A DNA stretch of 63,835 nucleotides, filler included, from Folioceros fuciformis (lineage: Eukaryota), in assembly GCA_049999805.1 (NCBI GenBank). It is 13 parts of 13 records of this genome, joined end to end, with 100 filler letters (N's around TTAATTAATTAA, not from the genome) between each part and the next. Parts side by side here need not be neighbours in the genome. Positions count along the whole stretch, not along the records: positions 6,037 to 17,659 come from JBNGIO010004737.1; positions 17,760 to 24,742 come from JBNGIO010004738.1; positions 24,843 to 25,993 come from JBNGIO010004739.1; 10 more parts are not named here. One strand, given 5' to 3'. The notes below the pieces were generated by a model. It was not told the DNA's origin and made no database searches. It saw only the letters and a program-made list of their open reading frames with translations. A program made the position numbers and the translations under genes. Position 1 is the stretch's first letter. Each line of letters starts with the position of its first letter. Shown here in pieces: positions 13,590 to 25,667 of this stretch.

Positions 13590-13860
13590 AGATGTGGAAC
13601 ATGTCATTCCTCGAGTTGCTCACTCCCGGAAAGCTTCGAATCCCCAGCCAGAAAATGATGCACCAGTCCGTTCATGTCTGCTCTGCCCTAGGCACTCGTG
13701 TGCATCCTGGACATTCAACACATACGGTGCGGCGTCTTTCTTGTCTAGTTTCACTGCTTAATCGGAAGCACTGTCTTGTCTAGCTTCATTGCTACATCGA
13801 CAGCATGGTGCCTTACCTTTCCGTTACTCCACTTTCGACATGCAACCAGTAAAGTGTCCC
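13590..13860 (-). pseudogene. PPR E/E+ domain relic (third copy in tandem cluster)
   Basis: Manual translation TLLVACRKWSNGKVRHHAVDVAMKLDK...AVKLDKKDAAPYV...TDMNGLVHHFLAGDS matches the C-termini of the neighbouring PPR genes, with deletions and stops. Confidence 0.8.
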
Positions 13861-14352
13861 CAAGTGCACCTTAGCCGTACAGGAAGTTGTCCTTACTAAG
13901 GGCAGCGCCAAAGTTCTACTTGGTTCCGTGGCAGCCAAGTTCCTACTTCATTCACTGGCTCCCTCACACCCATGGTCTTCAGAGTTTGACGTTAGCATGC
14001 TATCCAAGGAAAGATGATTGACCCAGCGGGAGCCAAAGAATCCAGGTATGAACTGGAAATCAAGGTGGCCCCATGACGGCACCAAACACAAGATGTCATA
14101 CAGCATACTCATTCCACCCGCTGTATTGGTCTACATACTTTGCAGACCATCTGTCGCAGACCAGAAACTAGCCCAGAGTAGTGATCCTCCGCAAACATTT
14201 GGATTCTTGCATACGGATATCCGACTTGCATCCCTTCAACGGATAGTTCGCTCCCTCATTTGGGTTGTGATAGATGAACATCACCTCGGAGCTTTGCACA
14301 ATGATGTGCAAGGATACCCTCCAATCCGTCATCAGCCATGTTCCAGGCCTAA

Positions 14353-17352
14353 TCAGATGTGGCACATTCTTTTGTCATGTTGCTCAATCCTTAAAGGCGT
14401 GGAATCCCCAACAAGATAACTGTGCACCACTCCATTCATGTCTGTCCACCAACTCTGCCCTGGCTGTTTCCCTGCCCTGATTTTCATTCTCCTTGCCTGC
14501 ATATCCTGTGCCTGTTGCCACATTTCGGCATTAGTATATACTTGGGACATCAACAAATACGCCGCAGCGTCGTTCTTGTCTAGCTTCACTGCTTCATCGA
14601 AAGCATGTCGCCCCACGTCTGCGTTGCTCCACTTTCGACATGCAGCCAGTAGAGTGTGCCAAATTGCAGCATCAGGCAGGACAGGCATTGACCTTATGAA
14701 GGACAGGGCCTCATCCAGGTGTCCTGCACGACCCAGGAGATCCACCATGCATCTGTAGTGGTCCGCTGTGGGAGTGATCCCATCAAGTCTGCTCATAGCC
14801 TCCAAGTACTCTCGTCCTTTGTCAACCAAACCCGTATGACTGCATACTGTTAGTATACTGAGGAACGTGAAACTGTCTGGCTGTATGCCGTTGTTTTTCA
14901 TTGTGCGCACCAAATTGAAGACCTGGTCACTGTCCCCTAGGCAAGTGTACCCTGCAATAAGTGCACTCCAGGTGACCACATTTTTTTGAGGCAAAGCATC
15001 GAACACCTGCTGAGCATCAACCATACTCCCAAGCTTTGAATACATGTTTATCAAACTGTTGCCTACAATGCAATCAGACAAAAGCCCTTGTTCTTTGATC
15101 AACGCATGCAGCTCCCTTCCCACATGCAATGCTGCAACCGTTGCACATGCGTGGAGAAGGGGCACAAATGTTGCAGAATCGGGTCCGACAATCCCTTCCT
15201 CTTGCATAGCCCTGTAAAGGCCAAGAGCTTCCTGACCCATTCCTTTTTGAGAATATCCAGCTATCATGGCATTCCACGTCACCACAACTTTCTGAGGAAA
15301 TCCGTTAAACACGCCCTGAGCATCCTCTACGCTGCCACACTTTACATACATGCTCACTAAAGTGTTCGCTACAAACACATCTGCTTGGAGCTCCTGTTCT
15401 CTGAGATGTGCATGAAGCTGCTTGCCCTCTTCCAAAGCCGGGCTGCCAAGCCTTGCACAGGCCTGCAGAAGGCAAATAAACGCCTCCGCGTCGAGTGCAA
15501 CAATGCCTTCTTCTCGCATTGCAGAGTAGAGACGAAGGGCTTCCTGCATCCTGCCCTCCTGGAAATATCCTGCTATCATAGCACTCCATGTTACTACATT
15601 CTTTTGCCCAAAGATTGTCAAACACACCCCGAGCATCCTCTAGGCTGCCACAAATTTGTCAGTCTGAAGTCCTTGTTGTCGAATCTGTTCATGAAGCTGC
15701 CTCCCCTTCTCTAAAGCTGGGGTGCCAAGACTTGCGCATGCCTGTGAGACAGACACGAAAGTTATGGAATTGGGTGCAACAATGCCTTCATCTTGCATGG
15801 CTCTGTACAGTAGAAGGGCTTCGTGCCCCATGTCCTGCTGAGAATATCCAGCTATCAAGGCACTCCATGTCACCACATCTTTCTGAATAAGTTGGTCGAA
15901 GACACTTCGAGCATCCTCCAGGCTACCACACTTGGCGTACATGTGAACCAAACAGTTGGCCACAATAACATCAGATTCAAGGCCTTGTTCTCTGATTCGT
16001 GCATGAAGCTGCTTTCCCTTCTCCAAGGCTGATGTGCCTAAACTTGCACATGCCTGCAGAAGACTCAGAAACGTCACAGAATCCAGTGCAACAATGTCCT
16101 CTTCTTGCATAGCCCTATACAGACCAAGGGCTTCCTTCCCCATGCCCTGCTGGGAGTAACCTGCTATCATAGCATTCCGTGTCACCACATTCTTTTCATC
16201 AAGTCCGTCGAACACTTGTTGAGCATCGTCTAAGCTGCCGCACTTTGCATACATGTCCACTAGAGAGGTGCAGGCAAACAAGTCAGGCTCAACGCCACTG
16301 GCCAGCACATCATGATGGACCTGTTGCCCAGATGCCAAGTCTGCCCCCTTTGCGCACGCTTGAAGGGCTGCTACACACACATGGCCATCTGGCTTAACAC
16401 CTGACCTGCGCATCTGATGATACAATTGCATGGCCTGCACATCTTGTCCGTGCTTAACATGCGCAGAAATTATAGAAGACCACATGAATGCATCTGCTCT
16501 GGCAGCCATAGTAAACACACCCATAGCTTCTTCTAACTTTGCATGAGAAGCGTACACGCGCAGTATGTGGTTGCACAAGAACGTGTCCGACTCATATCCC
16601 GTCTTCACGCTCAGAGCATGAACACGGCGACCCAGAGGCAGATTCTTGTTAGCCATGCATCTTTTCAGCACCACGTAAAACACAGAATTAGGAATGTGAG
16701 AGTCTGCGAGGACCAGAACTCCAAGAGCCTCCACGGCTTCATCGAGCTGCTCGTGCTGACACAGTTTTCTCACAATTTCAGCCGTGACGCATGTTTCATG
16801 TCCTACGGACCCGCGGTGCTCACGCACATGCAGCAGGAAGGTACGACGCATTTCCATATTGAGAGCAGCCAGCTGCCCATCCACCGAAGCTACCTTGCAG
16901 CATTTGTTTAAGCAGAGGACCTCTTGGGACTCCCTACTGACGAAGTCAGGTGAAGAGGAGCGAGTCTTGCGTTTCCTCTTATTCCACAAAAGTAGAGGAG
17001 CCAACAGGAATTGCCCGCCCAAGTGCTCCTCAGGGCAATCCTTGCTGGAAGCTCGGTCTCCAACCAGACCTCCTCTTGAAAGGGCTGTCTTTCTTGCCAA
17101 GGTGCCACACCTTGTGTTGTTCGCCACCGGCAGGATCTTTGGAGTCGAACGAGGGCAAGCTCCACCAAACCCGATACCGTGGTCCGTCCAGTAGATCCTC
17201 TTGCCACCGGACTGGACCAACGCAAACGGCCAGTCTAGCAGAGCCAAGCTATGAAAGTGCGCATGTCCAGGATACCAAGCACTTGCACCACAACATCTGT
17301 TGTCAATTCTCACGTCACATTCGCACAACGTGATCGAATCGAGGCCCTTCAC
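14353..17352 (-). pseudogene. PLS-class PPR-E (WW-type) gene interrupted by an internal deletion and in-frame TAG at 15640-15642
   Basis: ORFs 15640-17352 and 14353-15636 are in the same frame and together give one PLS array ending KQPGQSWWTDMNGVVHSYLVGD. One S motif is partly deleted. True start codon uncertain. Confidence 0.85.
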
Positions 17353-17759
17353 ACGCAGCCTGATCGGGTCTCCGAGTCACGTCTCAGGGACTCCATATCC
17401 ATGTGACATCTGCAATTCACGAAGTTTGAGTGATATGATGTGGACTCGGGATAAGAGGTTCCAGGGCTGCAATCCACTGTCACTCGGTAACCGTGACGAT
17501 GAGATTTCACTCCATCGCAGGGGATCCATTTTGGTTTTGGTTTGTGGGGTGGGGTGCGCCCGGCAATGGAAGTAGTGCAATACCAGAGCGACGCGCGCAG
17601 GGCCGAGGTAGCGAGCTACTTCATATGGTCCTGCCCCCTGAAAAAAATTAGATTAATATNNNNNNNNNNNNNNNNNNNNNNNNNNNNNNNNNNNNNNNNN
17701 NNNTTAATTAATTAANNNNNNNNNNNNNNNNNNNNNNNNNNNNNNNNNNNNNNNNNNNN

Positions 17760-18050
17760 TGCCTCATCATCACTGGACTGCAACTCAAAATCCAGATTCT
17801 CAGCGTTATAATACGCCTTCTTGGACTTCCCCCATGTGCTCTTCACCTCGTTTCTCCCTCCTCCTCATCCTCATCACTGGCCATGGCAGCCTGTTTTCGC
17901 TGCAACAGTGCCATTTGCTTGGCTATTTTGGCAGCGAAGGCAGTACGCTTTGTCTCCTCGAACTCTTCCTCAATATCCATTTCTTCTTCTGTGCGGTCGT
18001 GATCGTCGTCGTTCCCCATCAAGGGAATCTTATTCCTGTGCCTTGGGATC
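17760..18050 (-). pseudogene. Sas10/Utp3 (THALLO-like) N-terminal fragment, frameshifted
   Basis: RHRNKIPLMGNDDD...AAKIAKQMALLQRK, then after a frameshift near 17850 STWGKSKKAYYNAENLDFELQSSDDE. This resembles the plant Sas10 N-terminus as recalled (KQRDIVPL...STWGG...DFDILSSDDE). Confidence 0.7.
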
Positions 18051-18943
18051 CATTTGGCGGACTTTCGCCTGCCAGCCACTCCGCTGCGGCGGCCGTGACC
18101 ACCGACCTCTTCTAGGCGTCCCCTCGCCACACCGACTCTCGTCTCCAATCACCATGTCTCATTCGCTGCCCAACGGGACCTATATATACCATAAACCTCG
18201 AAGACCAGTTAGAAATTACCGGTTTAGGACAACACATCAAAATGGTAGGTGTCCAATATTAACTAACGCCTCAATAGCCAAGCAACCTCTAAGCGTCTAA
18301 TCTAAACCAGGTCGTTTCTAAACATAGGTAGTATCTAAAATAGTGACCTAATGAGCGTAATGTATCCAATCGGCTGTGGCCCATTCTACGGGAACCCTTT
18401 GTACTGCCCTACTCTCAAATATTTACTGTGTTAAATGAGAATTTCTTAAATAGTAATTTAAACCTTTTCCAAACATGTATTCTTCTCAGTTCTAATTCTA
18501 TGAGTGGGGATTTTTTATTCTCTTACCAAAAAGAAAAAAGTATTGCAAGCTGTTCATAAATAAGAATTTAGTTATTTCCCCTTAAAAGAACTACTGCATA
18601 CTGCCTTAGACGGAGCCCGAGCGTGAACCTGAGCCAGGAACTCCATCCTGTGTGAAACCACTTTGGAGCACCTTAAAAAATACCATGTGTACTTAAGCTC
18701 TGCAACTGCTGACAGTCCCGCCGTGGTGAACACGCGCCGCTTCTCGTGACCTCTTATGGGTGGGTAGGACGGGGTACTATCTGCTGCTTTCACGGCCGAT
18801 CCGGCGTGCTGCATGTTGGAGCGTGGTTAGAGGTATGTTGGAGACGCTTGGTACGGCCAATCTGTGTCTGAAATGGCGCAGAGGCAAGCCTGGCCAGGCT
18901 TGCAGATTGGCTGCATTTGCATTTGCTGTGAAAGCTGAATCAG

Positions 18944-20601
18944 ATGCGGGATTCGATCCCGCGCTGGCTCGACATGGTGAGCTCGGCGGGGATGGTCACT
19001 GGACTCTGGGTGACGGGGCTGCTCGGGGTTTCCTTCTTGCAGGGAGGATCGAGACGTCTTTCGATCAGCCCTTGCCCTCGAGCTCTGGTGGTGTTTGGGG
19101 ATTCACTGTGGGACACTGGAAATTTGGCTGCCAAGTTCCCTCACTTGGCGCCCGATTCCCCGTATGGAGAGACGTATTTCCGGCACCCTAGTGGTCGATA
19201 TTCGGATGGCCGCCTCTTGGTTGATTTCTTTGGTGAGATTGCCGTGAATGACAGACAGTGTGGTTTTGCATTATCGGAGCTTTCAATTTTCTGCGTTGGA
19301 CAGTTGAGGCTTATGTAAAGTCTTGACACAATTTGTTGGCTTGGAACGGATTGCAGCACAGGCGATGCAGCTGCCGCTGCTGAGTCCGTTCTTGAAGAGT
19401 GCAGGATCCGACTACAGGCATGGTGTGAATTTTGCGGTGGCGGGGTCTACTGCGACCAATTTTTCGGCGGTGAATCCGTTTGATTTGACCGTGCAGTACG
19501 GATGGTTTCAGGAGTTCAAGCAGAACGGAGCAGATGGTCGCGTGGCGGGCCCAGGTGAGGAGGGTTTTTAGTGAGCACGACGTAGATACGTATCTGTTAT
19601 AGGACAAAGTTAAATGTGTAGCACTACATCTTGTTGGGAGTTACGGGGGGTGACTGATCTGAGGTGGTTGGGGATGCAGGCACAGAAGTCATCCAAGATC
19701 CGTTGTATGTGATCTCCATTGGAAGCAATGACTACACCTATGCGCATTTGTACATCAGAATGGCATTACAAGAGATTCTCAGCCTGTTGGTGCCTGCTGT
19801 CGTAGGATCAATCCGTGCAGTAGCACAGGTCAGGTGGCTGGTGGTTTGTTGAGCTTGGGAGTAGATGATGGCTGCTTCTTGCGTTGATGCTACCATTCCA
19901 TGAATGAACTATGAACTTGACGATGTGCCTTGCCTGATGCAGAATCTGCTGGGTGGAGGTGCTAGGCATTTGATGGTTTTCAACATACCACCAGAAGGGT
20001 GCTCAGCACTGATTCTCACCGTTTTCCCTGGCTCGCCCTCGGATTACGATGAGAAAGGCTGCCTCACCCTGCACAACTCTATTGCCCAGGCTCACAATGC
20101 CATGCTCAGAGACGCGGTCAACTCTCTACGGCACCAGTATCCGGATGCAACCATTCTCTACGCGGATTACTACTCTCTTGCATATGACGTCCTGAGCAAT
20201 CCCAAGCGATATGGTAAGGACTTGTGAAGCTCGGGTTCCATGTGTAGGCAACATGTGAGAGTCACAGGACTCTACAACGAGAACGACGTTCACTGACACA
20301 GGTGAGGTTGTTGAAATGGTGTACAGGTTTCGGCAAGGCCAACCTTACCCATGCATGCTGCGGGCTAGGAGGGAACTATAACTTCAATATCGCAGTGAGG
20401 TGTGGACAGACGGGTTTCCTAGATGGAAAAACAGTGCAAGTAAAGGCGTGCACGAATCCCCAAGACTTCGTTCAGTGGGACGGTTTCCACTTTACAGAGG
20501 CATTCAACAAAGTTGCCTCCAAGACCTTCTTGGCTGGGAAATTCTCCACGGACACTCCCCACAACACCGGTTATGCATTTGCGTGCCCAACCAAGAAGTA
20601 A
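18944..20601 (+). CDS. GDSL esterase/lipase (5 exons)
   Basis: [41 protein letters not shown] and [11 protein letters not shown] catalytic blocks. GT-AG introns at ~19233-19356, 19555-19679, 19829-19942 and 20215-20326. Confidence 0.93.
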
Positions 20602-21020
20602 CTGGGAACTGACAATCTCGTGTTCCATGGACATCGTACATTCATAGCTGCATTGTACACGCCCGCCATTTACTATTACTCCACCTGAGGATATCGAATC
20701 ACATTTTTGCCTCGGAGGCATGCACCGACTCCTGTCCTACCTGTTCTGTGCCTTTGAGGCTCTGCCATATGATGTGCAGGGCAGGCCCATCCCGTCCCAC
20801 CCACCTAACCACATTTTGTGCAGGACAGGCCATCCAGTGCCACCCACCTAACCACATTGTGTGTAGGCTACTCCGTCCAGTGCCACGCACGCAAACAATC
20901 ACAATGTCTGCTGCTTTAATGCTGGACAGCATTTCCAATGACAACATTTTCAAAGTGACAAGCGGGCAGGAGACACAACTGCAGGAAGTGCATTGTAGCC
21001 CAACCTGGTGCGCCAGAGCA

Positions 21021-22216
21021 CTACTTTATGCTAGAACAGGCAAGAGGTCCGAGAGGTTCTCGCAAGCAAGCTCCTATGGCTGTCACTGCTGCCTCTATAG
21101 ATACATCCTCTCCCTGCAGACATGCACCCATAAGCATCAACCATGGGATCCAACATGTTGCTTTCAAAGTTGAAGCAGCAGGTCCAGAACGAACATTCTC
21201 ACGCCAGTAGAAGACGTTGCCGTACTTTCCGGCAAGCCGAGACCAAAAGCTCCGGGGCACAGCTAGATCGACAGTGGCGCCAACGTTGAAGTTAAGAATG
21301 TTCCCTGTCCATGCCAAAATATCGTCAGAACGCAAAAGACCATGCTTCTTCAGCAACAGCTCTTAGAAAGCTCCAGGCACTTGCCTAAGCTGGGATCAGC
21401 GACGAACACAATAGTTTCGTCATCAACCTTCCAGAAGTCCTTCACAGCCAGACCTATCATCAAAACAATCACGTCAGGCACCATCCACCCGTGGCCAACA
21501 GCAGCAAGGACTGGGATACCGCTAAGCCAGCTTAAGCACATATTCAGACCAGGTGTGTCGGGATAATTTTGGGCAAGGACTCTGAGCTTGAAGCCAGTGT
21601 CCTCTTCAATGCTGTTGACTGCTTCCACAAGCCGTCCCTCCTGCACACAAAAACCTGGCCTCGTAAGAATAATTCCTCCTCCTTTTGGCATACCTGAAAC
21701 AATGGGCTTGGAATGGAAACCAACGCACCTGGCCGCCTGACAAGAATCCAGCTACGTCAATGACCGGGGTAAAATCCTTGGGAAGAAGCTCTGGCTTGTT
21801 CACGCCTTCAAACCTAGCTTCAGCGACCTCAACTCCTTTACAGAGACGCCTGACCAGAGATGAGAAAATGGTCCATCTTCGAGATTCGCGAGACTCAGAG
21901 AAAGGCAGGGGATATTACCGCTTCCAAAACAGAGAGCAAGGCTGAGAGAGGCTGCCAGAGCAGCATTCACAGCCCTGCGAGAGGACGCGACCAAAGCCTG
22001 GATCGCAACCTGGCTAGCGGACACTGACGTTCTGCGGACTGCATCAGGCTCGGTGGCTTCAAGCCTTTGTGTTGCATCAAATCCTCCCGACCTCTTGAAA
22101 GCCACTTTGCAGCCATCGCCGTCCAGGCTGTAGCTGCAACTGACAGCCGAAGCTCCGCAAAGGCTTCCGGCTGTTCTCACAGGTAGGACGGCAGATGAGG
22201 ATGCCATGACTTCCAT
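21021..22216 (-). CDS. Thylakoid lumenal 15.0 kDa protein 2-like (TPM-domain family), multi-exon
   Basis: Exons encode KPELLPKDFTPVIDVAGFLS, IEEDTGFKLRVLAQNYPDTPG, KDFWKVDDETIVFVADP, GNILNFNVGATVDL, FWSRLAGKYGN and EAAVTAIGACLREP. N-terminus looks like a transit peptide plus lumen signal. Confidence 0.88.
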
Positions 22217-22560
22217 TGGGAAACTTGAGAAAGGATAAATAGTGCCGTGCTGGAGTCTCAAAGGTTCCAGCCTCCTGGAAGAGCTAACGGGAGATGACGT
22301 GGCCGGATAGTTTTCACATCATAACGTTAGGGTAAGATGAAAGTCCTCCGCCGAGAAAGATTGTGGTGACGTAGTAACTACGTCCCACGACGGAGGTTCC
22401 TACGCGACGACAATACTACTCCAACCCGTGGTGGAGTGAATTTCTAGGGTTCAAGCGTGCTCGTGACAGTCCACAGCCAGTATGTACTACTATAAAACGT
22501 TCTTGTATTCCGTAGCAATCTTGAAGGTGCGAGGAGAAACCAGGTATCTCGGGCACATGG

Positions 22561-24188
22561 CTAGCTGAACACCAGCCAGATGAGTATCAGAAGAAGGACG
22601 ATCAAGAAGGCGATGGTTGCGATTTGGCCCTTAATTCCTGCCTTCTTCATTACCACTTCCAGCTTTTTCTGCAAAGCAAGTTCATCCCATCAGTGAGATC
22701 GTTTCGCTGTGGTCAAGTCTGAAGCAAGGAGTGAGCACAACAGGGTAACGACATAGCACCTGCACAAAATCGACTCTGCTCAAGGTGGTGTCCATATCCC
22801 GGCCAAATTCGTCCATGAGTCTTTCCTGGAGTCAGATTTGTGGATTTACACATGGAGTCAGACAGCCAAGACAGGATCCTCACAAGTCACACACGACTCC
22901 TCTACAAGCTTCAGAGAAGCCTTTGTTGCAGGCAAGACTTCCAAAAGCATGCAGCAAGGCACACCTGCCCAGCAAGCTCTTCGTGAATAGTAAGTCCGAC
23001 CCCTCCAAGGCGTTCCACACTTGCGCTTAGCTCATCCAGGTCCTCATCTTGCTCCCTGACAGCAAGTGGCGACAGGACAAAGAAGGCATTGAGGGAATGA
23101 TTCCGCAGTGGGTTAAAAGAGAGACACAAGGCTCCGTAAATTTCTTAGTAGCAGCTTACTTCAAGATGAGAGCTTGTCTGTCAGATTCACTTCCGACGAA
23201 GCTTTCATTATCCACAAACACCGCCTGGCTGGTGCCACCACGATCGTTTGGCATCCTCAGCAGCTCCCGCCGGTTGGCAGCTCCAGCTCCAGATTTCCGT
23301 TGAGAAACATTTTGCATGGCTTTCCGCAAGCTCGCAACCTGTGCACAAAACGCAGAAGTTAGTTGTGCCAACCCCACTCCGTGCATCATCAAGCAACACC
23401 AACGAAAACCAGATTGCGAGCAGAAAATCTCCTTCCATCCTTCCTTCCTCCTTCCCTCCCTCCCTCACCTGGGCACGCGTAGAGCTTGTCCATCTTCTTC
23501 GTCGGTCAATCTCGGCAGCATCGACGCTGAATCTCGCTGGATCCCTCTCTGCCACTGCTATGGCCCTATCAAGTTCATCCACCTTCACACCCCAAAACCG
23601 GCTCCTCAACAACGGAGAAGTGGAAACACACAGCTGTGTCCCTTAAGCTTTGCCTTGGTGAAATCTGCAATTGCGCAATGCATTTCAAAAGCTGGACTAC
23701 CGAAAAGAAAGACACTCTACGCCGCATCCCGCTCCAGCCTCCCTATCCCAGCCACAAGCATCCTCAATCCGATCCGGCCAGCACACACCTCGGGCCCGTT
23801 CCAGCCTCACCTGCCAATCTATGCTCTCAAAGCCCGAAAGCAGCTCCTTTGCCAGCTGTGCGGTCTCGCTTGCGCCCGGGGGCAGCTGCTCCCATTTAGC
23901 AAAATCCCTTTGCAGATTGTTCGTCTGCACCACGCAGGGGACAGTGTTACAAGGCCATCCCAGCTAAAGTTAAGGCAGATCTAAGCCAAGCCAAGCCAAG
24001 CCAAGCCAGCACGAAACCGGATCCGCTCCCGCCAGCCAAGCCAAAGCCAAGCCAAGCCAGCTGCTACAAGGAAGCTCCCCTCGGACAGCAAACGTGAAGA
24101 GAAGACACAGATCCAAGCGGATGCATCCGCAACTCACCGAATCCTGGATCTCTTCCTTCACCAGGTAGAAGGGATCCAGAGCCGACAT
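22561..24188 (-). CDS. SYP61: Syntaxin-6 family Qc-SNARE (SYP61-like), multi-exon
   Basis: MSALDPFYLVKEEIQDS, ESIDWQVDELDRAIAVAERDPARF, EQDEDLDELSASVERLGGVGLTIHEEL, and C-terminal TM helix IATIAFLIVLLLILIWLVFS*. Confidence 0.92.
23983..24059. repeat. (AAGCC)n microsatellite in SYP61 intron 1
   Basis: Two short runs of aagcc. Confidence 0.8.
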
Positions 24189-24636
24189 GGCTGCTGCAGC
24201 TCCCCGCCGATCTACTTGGCCAGCTTCTCACGACGCAGTCTACCCTACGGAAGCCTTCGATGCTTCCAACTCAATGCTGCTCAGCACGCCATTGGCGATT
24301 ACTATACTAGTTGCTAATCTCGAATCTTAGATGATTCAACCGTTGTTTGGTTACCGTCCCAACCTGCTCTGCTTCATAGTTTCACAGTCCTCGTGATGAC
24401 TGCCGTCAGTCACTGCATGGGCCTCGACTCCAGACTGAGAAGCAGTCTAAACTGGCGCAAGGGTTTCATATTGTGCACAGGCTTTAATCCACACTATTAT
24501 TACTCCAACAAAAATTAAAATAAACTTTCAACATAAAATTTTATAACCATGGAAAGTCAAGGTCAAGAGTAAACATTTGGAAATGAGCTTTCATTGTTCA
24601 TGCTAAGGTTTTGGACCCGGTTCCTTAGTAGCAAAA

Positions 24637-24742
24637 GGTTTAGGGTCTAGAGGGTTTAGAGGGATGAGGGTTCAGGGTTTATAAGATGAGGAGGGTTTAT
24701 GGGTATAGGGTATAGGGTATAGGGTTTAGGGTTTAGAGGGTT
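24637..24742 (+). repeat. Degenerate plant telomere-like (TTTAGGG/TATAGGG) repeats at contig end
   Basis: gggtatagggtatagggtatagggtttagggtttagagggtt directly before the linker. Confidence 0.65.
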
Positions 24743-25667
24743 NNNNNNNNNNNNNNNNNNNNNNNNNNNNNNNNNNNNNNNNNNNNTTAATTAATTAANN
24801 NNNNNNNNNNNNNNNNNNNNNNNNNNNNNNNNNNNNNNNNNNTCCCCAGCACCTTCTGATCCAGCAATTGTCTTCCATGGCAGACACAAAAAAGAAATGC
24901 GGGCGTTCAACTAGCCAAACCAATCTAGCATCAAATCCATCCAAAGGGAGCACCGGCGGGGATGAGACTTCAAGTAAGAAATGGTGGCCGACCCAAGCAG
25001 ACCGCAACCAGATTGTTCACCTCTTTGAAACAGCTCAGAAGGTGGAAGAACTCATGGAGCTCCTCCACTCTGCCAAGCTTCGATCACTGGAGCTCCGGGA
25101 TCTCCTGGCATCAGCACCTCCATCACATCCTCGCATGTTTCCACTCCAGGAAATCGAGGTTGTTCACATGATCAAAGAGATGACCATGTGGCTGGATCCC
25201 AGGAGGGAGAAGGAAGCACCACCGGACGGACACACCGGAGCCGTGATCACTCCATGAAAATGTAAGAAAGTTTGCCGCACACCCATTTTTGTTACTATCT
25301 GAATCCACCGTTCGTTCTCTTTGTGTGTTGTTGTGGTTTCAATTTTCATTTTTTTTACTCGCTGATTCTCATCACAACGAGCACTGTCCAGAGTTGGTAA
25401 ACACACAATTGAATCATTCTTGCCTGCTTCATCCACTATGCTAACCCCTCTGAACAGCTGCATATAGAAAAATGGTTACTAGAAAAAACTAAACCCTAAA
25501 GCATCGTGTATGTGCAGATTAGCAATGAGGAGGGGGCAGGGCCTGAACTGAACAACACCAGTTAGGCTCTGCCCATATAAGGAACCCAGCTTAGAATCTA
25601 TAGGTTACTAATTCTCCATAATTTTGTTTTGTGGTCATATGTCACTACCGAGCTCACAGCACAGAAT

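Noticed and set aside
24868-25257. 129-aa ORF next to a copia remnant
   Set aside because: No recognisable domain; likely TE-associated or spurious.
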